Positions 40,275 through 50,763 of a DNA stretch of 64,000 bases are shown piece by piece. Under the pieces are notes generated by a model that ran no database searches, had not been told where the DNA came from, and saw only the letters and a program-made list of their open reading frames with translations. The translations under genes and the position numbers were made by a program. How positions within the stretch are numbered: position 1 is the stretch's first letter; each line of letters begins with the position of its first letter. Where the stretch lies: contig CAWCZS010000002.1 of the NCBI GenBank assembly GCA_963800175.1, forward strand, positions 2,393,382 through 2,457,381, in the 5' to 3' direction. This stretch comes from Candidatus Dormiibacterota bacterium. GTDB lineage: Bacteria; Chloroflexota; Dormibacteria; Aeolococcales; Aeolococcaceae.

Positions 40275-41795
40275 GTGGCCCCACGCGTGCTGCCCGCGGT
40301 CGTGTTCACCGCCGGAGCCTCCTCGCTGGCGACGGAGATCTGCGCGACGCGGTTGCTGGCCCCGTACTTCGGGCAGTCGACCGTGGTGTGGGCCAATGTC
40401 ATCGGACTCATCCTTATCTATCTCTCCGTCGGCTACTGGCTCGGCGGACGCATCGCCGACAGGCATCCGGCGCGCCGCGTCCTCGGGCTGATTCTCGTCA
40501 TCGCAGCGCTGTGCACAGCGTTGCTCCCCTTCATCGCCCGGCCGTTTCTCAACCTCGCGCTCCAGGGCTTCGCGGCGGTGAGCATCGGCACCGTCGTGGG
40601 GTCGTTCCTCTCGACGCTGCTGCTGTTCTCGGTGCCGGTGACGCTGCTCGGTATGGCGTCGCCATTCGCGTTGCGGCTGGCGCTGACCGACATCGACCGC
40701 GCCGGCCGCACCAGCGGACGCCTCTCGTCACTCGCGACTGTTGGTGCCATCATTGGCACATTCGGGTCGGCGCTCGTGCTGATCCCCGGAGTTGGCACGC
40801 AGCGGACGCTGCTGAGCGCTGCATTGCTCGTCGCGCTCGTCTCGATCCCGCTGCTCATGCGTCCAGCGATCATCGCGAGCGCGGTCATCGTCGTGCTGCT
40901 CATCCTTCCGCCAGGACTCGTGAAGGAGACGCAGGGAACGCTCGCCGAACGCGAGACGACCTACCAGTTCGTGCAGGTCGTGCGCGAGTCGGGAGGACGC
41001 ATCGTCATGCGCTTCGACGACGGGATCGCCGATCAGTCCGTATATCGCGCCGACACGGCGCTCACGGGTGGTGAGTGGGACATGCCGCTCGTGGTACCGC
41101 CACTCCTCGGACGCACCCTGCACAGCGTGCTCGTGATCGGCAATGCCGGCGGCACGACAGCGCGAGCCCTCGCGGCGGAGTATCCCGGCATCGACATCGA
41201 CGCCGTGGAGCTCGACCCCGTCGTGACGCAGCTTGCGCGCCAGTACATGGGCCTCGACGCGATTCCCCATCTCAACGTCATCACCGCAGACGGACGTGAG
41301 TATCTCGAGACCACAGCCAAGCGCTACGACATGATCGTCGTCGATGCGTATCGCACCGAGTACATCCCCTTCTATCTCGCCACGCAGGAGTTCTTCTCGC
41401 TGATGCGCGCGCATCTCAATCCCGGCGGCGGCATCGCGTTGAACGTCGAGCGCGTGCCCGGTAACAACCAATTGGTCGATGCGATCGCCGGCACCGTCGC
41501 CACCGAGTTCCCGCAAGCATGGGTGTGGCCGGCGCTGCACTTCAACGAGCTGGTCGTCGGCCTCGACGACGCAATACCGACAAAGACCGACCTCGCCGAT
41601 CGGCTCACCGCGCTGCCGGCGAGCGTGCAAGTGCTCGGCCCTCTGGTGCTGCAGCAGTCGTATACGGTCGCGCCGTCGCAGGATCCCCTCACCGATGACC
41701 GCGCGCCGGTGGAGTGGCTCACGGATGAAGCCATCCTTGCGTACATCGCGGGCGGCGGCACGCTCGACGAACATCTCCTGCCAACCGCGCCGTGA
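40275..41795 (+). CDS. Fused membrane-domain / spermidine-synthase-like methyltransferase-fold protein
   Basis: About 210 aa of N-terminal TM helices, then VLVIGNAGGTTARAL...DAVELDP...YDMIVVDAY...FFSLMRAHLNPGGGIALN (aminopropyltransferase-like fold). Confidence 0.8.
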   Translation: MAPRVLPAVVFTAGASSLATEICATRLLAPYFGQSTVVWANVIGLILIYLSVGYWLGGRIADRHPARRVLGLILVIAALCTALLPFIARPFLNLALQGFAAVSIGTVVGSFLSTLLLFSVPVTLLGMASPFALRLALTDIDRAGRTSGRLSSLATVGAIIGTFGSALVLIPGVGTQRTLLSAALLVALVSIPLLMRPAIIASAVIVVLLILPPGLVKETQGTLAERETTYQFVQVVRESGGRIVMRFDDGIADQSVYRADTALTGGEWDMPLVVPPLLGRTLHSVLVIGNAGGTTARALAAEYPGIDIDAVELDPVVTQLARQYMGLDAIPHLNVITADGREYLETTAKRYDMIVVDAYRTEYIPFYLATQEFFSLMRAHLNPGGGIALNVERVPGNNQLVDAIAGTVATEFPQAWVWPALHFNELVVGLDDAIPTKTDLADRLTALPASVQVLGPLVLQQSYTVAPSQDPLTDDRAPVEWLTDEAILAYIAGGGTLDEHLLPTAP

Positions 41796-41984
41796 ATGCC
41801 GGCCAATGTCATATCCGACCTGCGAAATGTTGCGACCACATCACTCGCAGCGTCGAGATGTTGCAGTCAGGCCAACGGAAAACGCAGTGCTTGCATCGCT
41901 ATGACGTGTTTGGTAGTCTTACGACGTTCGGTGGTTTTGCACCGATCCGTGGGGAAGTACGGCCTTGAGGGATAGGGGGTTGCG

Positions 41985-42019
41985 AGCGCTCCTGGGTTCA
42001 CGCTGAACCTGGGAGCGCT
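41985..42019 (+). terminator. 16-bp stem hairpin, more stable on the plus-strand transcript
   Basis: AGCGCTCCTGGGTTCA-CGC-TGAACCTGGGAGCGCT. The two non-Watson-Crick positions are G-U pairs on the plus strand and C-A mismatches on the minus strand. It overlaps the last codons of the convergent GNAT gene. Confidence 0.4.
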
Positions 42020-42771
42020 GCGCGAAATCGAGCAACGCGCCCGATGTCGTCCATGCCGAGTCGCGTGTACAACTGCTGCGGCCAGTCGTACGGATCCATC
42101 CCGAGAAACACCATGCGCCGATCTGCTGTGAGCTCGAGTGCTCGCGACACGACTGCGCGCGCGTATCCCCTGCCACGATGCTCCGGCACCGTCGCAACGC
42201 TCTCGATCTGCGCGACATCATCGACTCGGTAGACCTCGCAGTAGGAGACGACCAGACCACCCTCGATGACCGCGAGATGCGTCGTCGGCACGCCTTTCGC
42301 GACCCGTTCCTGTTTCTCCCGAACCTGTTCCACCGCGTCCGGTGTGGCCCAGGGCTCATCTAATAAGGAAGCGGCTCGCGCAGGCCGCATCGAGATGGCA
42401 TCGACAGCTCGCACCGCCGAGGTGTCAACGCCGCGATCCACTGGCCGGCGTCGCACCATGATGCCGAGCGGCTCGTCGAGCCACCCCGCAGCCCGAAACG
42501 CCGCGGCGAGCGGAGCGGACTCCGGGCACATCACAAACTCGACGATGCGGTTGGGCAGCCCCGCCTGGATCTCGTCCGCGGCGGCCGTCACCTCGGCGAA
42601 TGACAGGCCGAATCCATGCTCATGGACCACCACGTGGTTGACGTCGTAGACCTCAGGCAGCGAGCGAGCACGGAACCACTCGCCGCCGGCCCAGGTGCCC
42701 TGGTCGTCCGCGCCGAGCGTCTCGATCTGCCGCGCGTAGCGGACAGCTTCCGCGAGCTCAGCGTCAATCAC
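41998..42771 (-). CDS. GNAT-family N-acetyltransferase
   Basis: 257 aa. The C-terminal acetyl-CoA-binding block VATVPEHRGRGYARAVVSRAL is characteristic. Confidence 0.8.
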   Translation of the reverse strand: MIDAELAEAVRYARQIETLGADDQGTWAGGEWFRARSLPEVYDVNHVVVHEHGFGLSFAEVTAAADEIQAGLPNRIVEFVMCPESAPLAAAFRAAGWLDEPLGIMVRRRPVDRGVDTSAVRAVDAISMRPARAASLLDEPWATPDAVEQVREKQERVAKGVPTTHLAVIEGGLVVSYCEVYRVDDVAQIESVATVPEHRGRGYARAVVSRALELTADRRMVFLGMDPYDWPQQLYTRLGMDDIGRVARFRAALPGSA

Positions 42772-43047
42772 GCGCCGCAGCCTACCGGTTGGCGCAATCG
42801 ACCGAGGCTCCTTATCGCAACAAACACCGGGCGGAATCGGTCACCCCGTCATAACCAGAGGACCGTTGTGGTGACCGGTCGCAAACGTCAAACGCCTCAC
42901 TTGCATCGCTCGTAACTGGTTTGTTAGGCTGGATCAAGGAGATCGGAGCGTTCGGAGTTACTGATCCGATCGGGAACTCTCTTCGCACGACGTGGGGACG
43001 TTTCAACAGGGGATGCCGGCACTGCCGGTGGGATAAGGAGGCTCAGG

Positions 43048-44659
43048 GTGGCGAACTGGTTCAGCGACAACAGGCGTGACCGCACGCACCGAACGCGCCG
43101 CGGCGCCGTCAGAGTCTTCGCGGGGATCATCGCGGTCGCAGCCGCGGGAACCGTCAGCTTCGCAACTGTCTCCGCCCATCACATCGTGTCGACGACGCCC
43201 ACGCCAACGCATGGAGTTGCCGGCAGCACCGCGCTGTCCGATACAGCGCTCGTCTACGCGGACAGCAGCCGCACTATCGCGTTCTCACTGTGGGCGCCCA
43301 ATACCTGCGGCGTGGCCGGCGCGACGCCGGTCTTCACCGACAGCGAAGCGGTGACCACGTCGACGCTCACCGACAGCACCGTCACTTCCGCATCCTTCGT
43401 GCCCAAGCACGCAGGCATCTATGAGTGGACAGCCGAGGTGATCGTCAACAGTGACGGCAGCGTCGAGGACGGTCCCACGGCTTGCACCGACGAGCAGGTG
43501 ACCGTCACCGCGGCCCCGACCCAGATCAGCACGACACCGTCGAACGCCGATGGTGGCCCGGTCGGGACATCGATCACGGATACCGCGTCGGTGACCGGCG
43601 GGGTCAACCCCACTGGCACGGTGACCTTCGAGCTCTTCGGACCGTCGAACCCCAACTGCATCAGCGGCGGCGACAGTTCGCAGACCTGGCTCGGACACTG
43701 GTCCGTCTCGCTCGACAGCCACGGGAACGCGAGCGTTCCCGCGCCTGGCTTCACGACCACCAGCGTCGGCACCTACAACTGGGTCGCCATCTACAGCGGT
43801 GACAACGACAACCTCGGCGCGACCAGCGCCTGCGGATCCGAAAGCGTCACATTTATCAAGGCGACGCCAAGCATCGTGACCGTCGCCTCGACCGGCGGAC
43901 CGGTCGGCACGCAGATCCATGACACCGCTCAGGTTTCGGGCGGCGCCAATCCGACAGGCACGGTGACCTTCAGCCTCTACTCGCCGAGCAACCCGACGTG
44001 CATCAACAGCGACGCGATGGGTGCCGTGCAGACCGTGACCGTGCCGCTCGGCAGCAACGGCTCCGCATCCAGCGCGGGAACGCCATACACCACCAACGAG
44101 ACGGGCACGTACAACTGGATCGCCACGTACAACGGCGACGCCAACAACGTGAGCGTCTCCACGGCCTGCACGGATGAGCAGGTCACCGTCGGCAAGGATC
44201 CGACGTCCGTCGCGACCGCGGCCTCGGCCGGCGGCTCCACGGGCATCGCGCTCCACGACACCGCCAAGGTAACGGGCACGTTCCTGCCGACCGGGACGGT
44301 GACGTTCACCCTCTTCGGCCCCACTGACACCGACCTGCACCGGCACCGCGATCTTCACCAGCACGGTTGCGCTCAGCGCGACCGGAACGGCGACTTCGGG
44401 CAGCTTCAGCAGCACGAGCGCGGCCGGCACCTACAACTGGGTCGCCTCATACAGCGGCGACGCCAACAGCGCCCCCTCGACGAGCAAGTGCGGCGCCGAG
44501 CCGGTCCACCTGACCGCCAGCGGCGTCCAGGGGATCACCACTCCGGGCACCGGCCTGGCAGGCTCGGTCACCCAGATCGGGTTGGGAATCGAGCTGCTGC
44601 TCGGTGGCCTGGCACTGTTCCTCGGCAGTGAGCTGGTCAAGGGTACGAAGAGGGCCTAG
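43048..44659 (+). CDS. Secreted Ig-like-repeat surface protein with a C-terminal TM anchor; apparent frameshift near 44335
   Basis: GTG at 43048 follows AAGGAGG. It has a signal/TM segment. Five or more modules carry ...DTA.V.G...PTGTVTF.L(F/Y).P.N..C ... GTYNW.A.Y.GD.N. After GPTDT the frame changes and the protein continues TCTGTAIFTS...GTYNWVASYSGDAN...TTPGTGLAGSVTQIGLGIELLLGGLALFLGSELVKGTKRA (stop 44657-44659). Confidence 0.75.
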
Positions 44660-44785
44660 GACTGTTGCCACCCTGTGCCGATTCACTGAATGCAAGGATG
44701 GGAATCGGTACCGTGGGTTATTCTCAACACCCGCGCCGGTCGCGTTCGGTGCGGGTGTTATTCCCCCAGGAGGATTGAACCCTTG

Positions 44786-46976
44786 ATGCCCAAGCGAACC
44801 CTAGCCGTCTTTGCCGCGGCCGCCTTTGGCGCCCTGGCCCTGCCGTTCGGATTGCCGACCATTGCTCACGCAACCGGCCCCAGCTACACCAGTTTGGTGC
44901 TATCGCCGTTGCCGATCGCGCAGCCCGGCACGCTGAACCCGGCCATGCCAGCACCAACACGGTGCTGTTGTGCGTGCAGCCGCAGTCGGGCGGCGTGCAT
45001 GTCGGCGCCGGCGCACACGGTGTACCTCAGCATCATCTCCGGGTCTCTTCACCGCCCCACCAGAGGCAGGGGGATCCGCGGTCGTGGGGGCCACTCCACT
45101 GACCGCCACGCCCGCACTGTTCACGGTCTCCGCGAGCTGCACATACGACAACGCGTCTGGATCTGGCACCACAACCGAGATGGACGCCATACCGGTGACC
45201 TACACGGGTCCGAGTTCCGTGGAGGTCAACGGACGGGACGTGATCGGCGCAACGAGCGACGGCACCTCATTTGACGCCAGCAACGGCCAGTGCACCGGCG
45301 CAGGCGTCTGCAGTGTCGGCACGTACGTCTTCTCGCCGGTGGCCTCGTACACGTTCGCGCCGCAAGGTACCTCGCCGATCGCACCCAATGGATCGTTGAC
45401 CGCAGGTCAGACCGTGGTCTTCACCGTCACGGCTCTGGACGGCACGTCGCACCCTGTGCCCGGGGCGTTTATCGACCTCTCGCTCACCACCACCGCATCC
45501 ACCGCGGGCACGGCAACGGGTGTCAACAACTTTGACGGTAATCACGACGCAAAAGGTCACCAACCTTCCCACTCGATTCGGCGCTACCAACGCCGGAACG
45601 TGTGCAGGTCACATACACGGCCTCGGCACGCGACGTCCGGCGTCGACACGATCACCGCGCAGAACCACCCCACCGAGACCGTTGAAGCCTCACGACCTAC
45701 ACGTATGGGAGCACCACACCATTCGCGCAGGCTCCGTACACCGCGATCACCCCATTCCGCGTCTGCGACACGCGAGCACCTGGCGGAGGCATCCCCTTGA
45801 ACCAGTGCAACAGCAGCAGCGGCGCCGTTCCCATCGCCTCGGGCGCGAGCCGCGCCGTGACCATAGAGGGTGAGGGCGTGGTGCCGGCCAGCGGCGTGAC
45901 CGGAGTCGTCGTCAACGTGACCGCGATCGCGCCCGTCAAGGGGACGTTCCTGAGCCTGTACCCGGCCGGCGGTTCGCTGCCCAGGACGTCGAACGTCAAC
46001 CCTCTGGCCGGCGAGGTGGTCGCCAATCTTGTCGAGGTCGGGGTTGGCACAGGCGGCCAGATCGAGGTCTACAACGCTGCCGGTACCTCCCCGATCAACG
46101 TCGCTCTGGACGTGGAAGGCTACGTTTCGTCCACGTCACCCGGATACTTCAACGCCACGTCGCCACAACGCATCTGCGACACGCGAGCCGCTGGGGCAGG
46201 GATTGCGGCTAGCCAGTGCAATACGCACGGCCATAGCCCCATCAACGCCACGACACCGCTGGCCCTCAACGTCACCGCCTCCGGCAGCCCGGTTCCGACC
46301 ACCGGCACCGTCACCGCCGTTGTCTTCAATCTGACCGCCATCGAACCCACTGCGCGCACGGTGCTCGCAGTTACTCCTGGCGGCGTCGGCCGGCCGAATG
46401 TCTCGAACATCAACATCAACCCCGGTCAGGCCGTCCCCAACCGAATCATCGTGGGAGTGCCATCAGGCTGCACGACGAGTTGCATTGTCGACATATGGAA
46501 CGGAGTCGGGTTGTCCGACGTCGCCGTCGACATTGACGGATGGTTCGGCACCTCGAGCACGCCTCCGGCATCCCAGTTCACCGCGCTGGCTCCGTCGCGC
46601 ATCTGCGATACGCAGAGCGGCACCAGCGGCACGAGCGGTTGCCAGACAGCGGGTACGGTCGGCGCCGGATGCGGCGCACGTGCTCAACATCGTCGTCGAC
46701 GGCGCAGGCGGGATTCCCACACTGGGAAGCGCGCATCAGCCGGTCGCAATCGTCGTCAACGTGACCGCTGTCAACGCCAGCACCGGAACGTATGTGACCG
46801 TGTACCCGGGACCGGCGGGAGCTGCTGTTCCGAACGCCTCGGACCTGAATGAACCAACCTTCGAGCCGGTGACCAACCTTGTCATCGTCAAGGTTGGATC
46901 CGACGGAAGCATCAACCTGTTCAATGCCGTGGGCAACGTGAACCTGATCGTCGACGTCCTCGGCTACTACAGCTGA
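44786..46976 (+). pseudogene. Secreted protein with three CDTR-type ~150-aa repeats; at least five apparent frameshifts
   Basis: ATG at 44786 follows AGGAGG, with a signal peptide MPKRTLAVFAAAAFGALALPFGLPTIAHA. Protein-like sequence hops between all three frames near 44945, 45010, 45035, 45545-45700 and 46670. The three repeats begin (R/V/I)CDT(R/Q) and share V.NVTA....GT...(V/L)YP.G...P..S.(V/I/L)N ... (V/L)(Y/F/W)N..G......D..G(Y/W)(V/F/Y). Confidence 0.6.
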
Positions 46977-46992
46977 GGTAGCTCACAAAAGA

Positions 46993-47778
46993 ATGAACGT
47001 GGGGGGGAACGAGGTCGTGGTCGATTCAGACCACGACCTCGCCCGCCTCGCGGCCGTTGCCGCGGGACGGGCTCTGATGACACTGCGCGACGAAATCGGC
47101 TTCGACGATCCGAAGCGCCTCCGGGATGAAGGCGATCGCACCGCACACGTGCTGCTGATGCAGCTGCTCGCCGAGCACCGCCCTGGCGATGCCGTCCTCT
47201 CGGAGGAGGGCATCGACGGCAAGGAACGCCTCGGCGCCCACCGCGTCTGGATCGTCGACCCACTCGATGGAACCCGCGAGTTCGGCGAGGAAGGTCGCAC
47301 CGACTGGGCTGTGCACGTCGCGCTGATCGAGGATGGCCAGCCCGTGGCTGCCGCCGTGGCGCTGCCGGCACGGGACATGGTCATGAGCACTTCGCCGCCC
47401 GAAAGGACGCCCGCTCGGGCGCCGGGCCGCATTCGCCTCGTGGTGAGCCGCTCACACACGCCGGCTGAGGCCGTGGTGGTTGCCCGAGAGCTCGACGCTG
47501 AGCTCGTGTACATGGGCTCGGCCGGCGCCAAGACCATGGCGGTCGTGCTCGGCGACGCGGACGCCTACGTCCACGTCGGCGGACAGTACGAGTGGGACTT
47601 CGCGGCACCGGTGGGCGTTGCGCTCGCGGCCGGCCTGCGTGCGACCCGCGTGGACGGATCCCCGCTCCGCTACAACCGCGAGGATCCCTGGCTCCCCGAC
47701 CAGGTCGTCTGCCGCCCGGATTTGCACGACGCGATCATCAGCGCGGTCCGGTCCGCAGCCGCCGAAACCCAGCACTGA
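46993..47778 (+). CDS. cysQ: 3'(2'),5'-bisphosphate nucleotidase / inositol monophosphatase family
   Basis: 261 aa: VLSEEG...WIVDPLDGTREF...WAVHVAL...GSAGAK, an intact reading frame. Confidence 0.8.
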   Translation: MNVGGNEVVVDSDHDLARLAAVAAGRALMTLRDEIGFDDPKRLRDEGDRTAHVLLMQLLAEHRPGDAVLSEEGIDGKERLGAHRVWIVDPLDGTREFGEEGRTDWAVHVALIEDGQPVAAAVALPARDMVMSTSPPERTPARAPGRIRLVVSRSHTPAEAVVVARELDAELVYMGSAGAKTMAVVLGDADAYVHVGGQYEWDFAAPVGVALAAGLRATRVDGSPLRYNREDPWLPDQVVCRPDLHDAIISAVRSAAAETQH

Positions 47779-47898
47779 TCGCGTCCGGCAACCGCGTCTT
47801 CTCCACCGCCTCACAGGTGGTGGCGCGGCGACCCCAGGCACAATGGGTTCGATGAGAGGAGAGCTCTTTCGGCCTGCCCTGCGGAGCGTGAGTCCCTC

Positions 47899-49032
47899 GT
47901 GACCAGGCACCTGAGCAGCCGCGAGCGACGCTGGACAAGGCTCGTCACGATCGCCGCCGTCACTGCCGCCACGGCTCTGGTGGCGGGCTGCGGCAGCCCC
48001 TCGAACCCTTTTCCCACGCCATCGTCGACGCCGACATCCTCGGTGAGTCCCTCGGTCAAGCCCGCAGCCATCGGATCTCAAGCCGGTCCTCGCAGGTCTG
48101 CTCGATCGCGACGGCCCGCCGCCGGCCGAGTTTCTCCCATCCCTTGGCGGCTTCGTCGTCAATGTGTACTGGGCGAATCTTCAGCCCGCGTCCGGGGCGA
48201 CCCTGGCGCCCGACAACGCCATCGACCAGGCCATCACCGAGGTGCGCAGCCTCAATGCCGCTCATCACACCGATCTCGGTCTGAAGATCCGTCTCTATGC
48301 CGGGATCTGGGCGCCCGAACTGGGTGAAGGGCCTGGGCGGACCTCCGATCCCGATCACCAACCCGCAGGACGGTGGCACCGGGACGATCGGCCGGTTCTG
48401 GACCGAGCGCTTTCGGCGCCGCCTACGACAATCTCGAGACGCTCCTCGCGGCGAAGTACGACTCCGTGCCGGAGATCCGCGAGGTCACGATCGCGCGCTG
48501 CACGACCTTCTACGACGAGCCCTTCATCCGGGACACGACGGCACCGGCGACGGTGAGCGCGCTGATCGGCGCGGGCTACACGCTTGCCGCGGACCAGACG
48601 TGCCAGGAGGAGGAGATCCAGGCGGCCACGGTGTGGCACCACACCCATTCCGACCTTGCACTCAACCCGTACCAGGTCATCGAAGCCGGACGGGTCCATC
48701 GAGCACCGACGAACCCTTCACCGAATCGATGATGCAGTACTGCCGTCAGGTGCTCGGCACCGCCTGCGTCCTCGAGAACAACTCGCTGCGCGACCCGGCG
48801 CCGGGAGCCGCGTACCTGTCCATGTACCAGGCGATGGTCGAACTGGGAGCGCCGATCGCCTTCCAGACCGCGACCGCGGACCGAATCGGCAGCCTGTCGC
48901 AGACCCTCGCCTATGCCGTCAGCCTCGGTGCAAGCTCGGTCGAGCTGCCCGCCGGCTACGAGTTCTCTCGGTACGCCGAGCAGCTTCGCCTCCGCCACGC
49001 GGCTCCTTGCCGGCAATCGCGCTGCCACCTGA
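47899..49032 (+). pseudogene. Lipoprotein of a glycoside-hydrolase-like (function unknown) family; about five apparent frameshifts
   Basis: Lipobox LVAGCGS. Alignment by eye to the intact paralog at 54894-56054 (NAIDQAIT.VR, AAKYDSVPEI.EV.IAR, NPYQ, ENNSLR/DNDSLR, VELP.G) requires frame changes near 48080, 48318, 48410, 48700 and 48985. The stop is taken at about 49030-49032. Confidence 0.55.
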
Positions 49033-49167
49033 GGGACGAAACCGGGCCGACACCTCGACCGCCGATCGGCCAGGCACCCGGTGCGAGAAAGCCTCCGTCT
49101 CCGAGTTGGACGGTCCAATTCAGAGCGGAGGCTTGCCCGTGTCCGATGTGCCCGTCGGCACGCGTTC

Positions 49168-50463
49168 TTACGAAACCGTGATCGAGGCCGTGTTGTTGTT
49201 GGTGTTCAGCGTGACCGTTCCATCGACGAACGACCGGCTGTAGACGCCGCTCACGAGGGTGAACGCCCCAGTCGGCGCGCCCAGGATGGAGAGCTCGTTG
49301 GGAAAGTAGATGGTCGAGCGATCGGCGCCGGACGACGGGGCGCTGTAGAGGTAGTAGTCGCTGACCCCGTTGTCGACCAGCAGGTAAGCGGCCAGCGCGT
49401 ACGTGTTCCACGCGGCCTCCTCAGCGGGAGTGGCCGACGTCCAGATCTTGGTCCAGCCGAAGAAGGACTTGCCCTCCGCGTTGAGTGTCTGGACCATCGC
49501 GAGGTCGGCGGCAAGGCTCTTGGTCGCCGGGTACACCAGCGGCGATGAGCTGGCAACACGGAGCCATGAGTTGGTCTGCACACCGTCGACGGTCGAGTCG
49601 GAGAGGTAGTGCGTGAAGCTCGTGAACTCGAGGCCGTTGACGAGGCCGGTCGAGAAGAGAAACTTCGTGCCGATCGCCGCCTTGATCACAGAGAGGGTCT
49701 GGCCGGCCGCCTGCATCCACGAGGTCTTGGTGAACGCGACGCCAGTCGACGGATCGATGGGGACACCAGTGGTTGTTCCTGAGAACGGTCCTGGACCCAT
49801 GGAGTCGATGTAGGCGCCGTCGAACCCGTACTCCTGGATGTTGGCGAGAACCCTGGACGCCTCTTCGGCCTGCCAGCCGGGATTCGCCTCGTCCATCAGG
49901 TAGTTGTTCGGAAATGCACCGGTGCCGCTCGCCGCCTTGACGGTGATCAGATTGCCGGATGCGTCATGGGCGAAGTAGTCGGGATGGTCGGCCATGAGGG
50001 TGTTGAACTCGGCGGATCCCTTGATCGTATAGGGACCGAGGTCGTACACCAGCACCTTGATCGCAGGGTTCCAGGCGTGGAGCTGGGCGATCATGCTTCC
50101 GTAGACCTTGCCCGGAGTACCGACGAGGATCGAATGGGTCTCCGCGACCTCCTGCCAGTCGGTCATGGAGCGCGAGTTCGGAGCCCCATTCCAGTCCTGG
50201 GCGTAGAGCAGAATCGGGCTCGCCGAGCTCGAATCCCCCGAAACCACTGCGCCGGAGTGGTGGGCGGCGGGTGACGGCGCGGCGGTCCGCGTGGATGTGG
50301 AGGCCGCGCCCGGTGTGCGAAGCGGGGCAGCGATGTGTGCACCGGCGTCTGCGCCGGAGAACATCAGGGCACCGCCGGCAACCGGGGCCGTGGCGACAAA
50401 CGCAGTGAGCGCGGTCGCGACGCCGACCAGCGCGAATCGAGAGGGGACGTGCAATGTATTCAC
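49168..50463 (-). CDS. Secreted putative glycoside hydrolase (GHL/GH114-like TIM-barrel family)
   Basis: 431 aa with a signal peptide (ALVGVATALTAFVATAPVAG) and a low-complexity linker. The domain carries EYGFDGAYIDSMG and WTKIW motifs reminiscent of hypothetical glycosyl-hydrolase-like families. Confidence 0.55.
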   Translation of the reverse strand: MNTLHVPSRFALVGVATALTAFVATAPVAGGALMFSGADAGAHIAAPLRTPGAASTSTRTAAPSPAAHHSGAVVSGDSSSASPILLYAQDWNGAPNSRSMTDWQEVAETHSILVGTPGKVYGSMIAQLHAWNPAIKVLVYDLGPYTIKGSAEFNTLMADHPDYFAHDASGNLITVKAASGTGAFPNNYLMDEANPGWQAEEASRVLANIQEYGFDGAYIDSMGPGPFSGTTTGVPIDPSTGVAFTKTSWMQAAGQTLSVIKAAIGTKFLFSTGLVNGLEFTSFTHYLSDSTVDGVQTNSWLRVASSSPLVYPATKSLAADLAMVQTLNAEGKSFFGWTKIWTSATPAEEAAWNTYALAAYLLVDNGVSDYYLYSAPSSGADRSTIYFPNELSILGAPTGAFTLVSGVYSRSFVDGTVTLNTNNNTASITVS

Positions 50464-50763
50464 CTTTCCGTGTGACAGAACCGTTTCTTCACTGCACTCT
50501 GACCGGGGGATGTTTCGTCCCCGTGGCTAAGCCGTCACTGACCGCCGATAGCGGTGGTATCCGTGTGACGACCCAGTCGCGGCGCGGTGGTCTCGCTCTT
50601 GAAGGCCACCTTCGGGGCGTGGAGACGAAACCGCTCGTTCGGGCGCGAGACGACGGGCGTCAAATCGCGTCAAACATTCCACAACTCATCGATTGAGGTA
50701 TGATTCAAGTCGCTCGGCCCGCGTGGCCGGCGGATCAGGATTGTGGTAACAGCGAAGGGGGCG

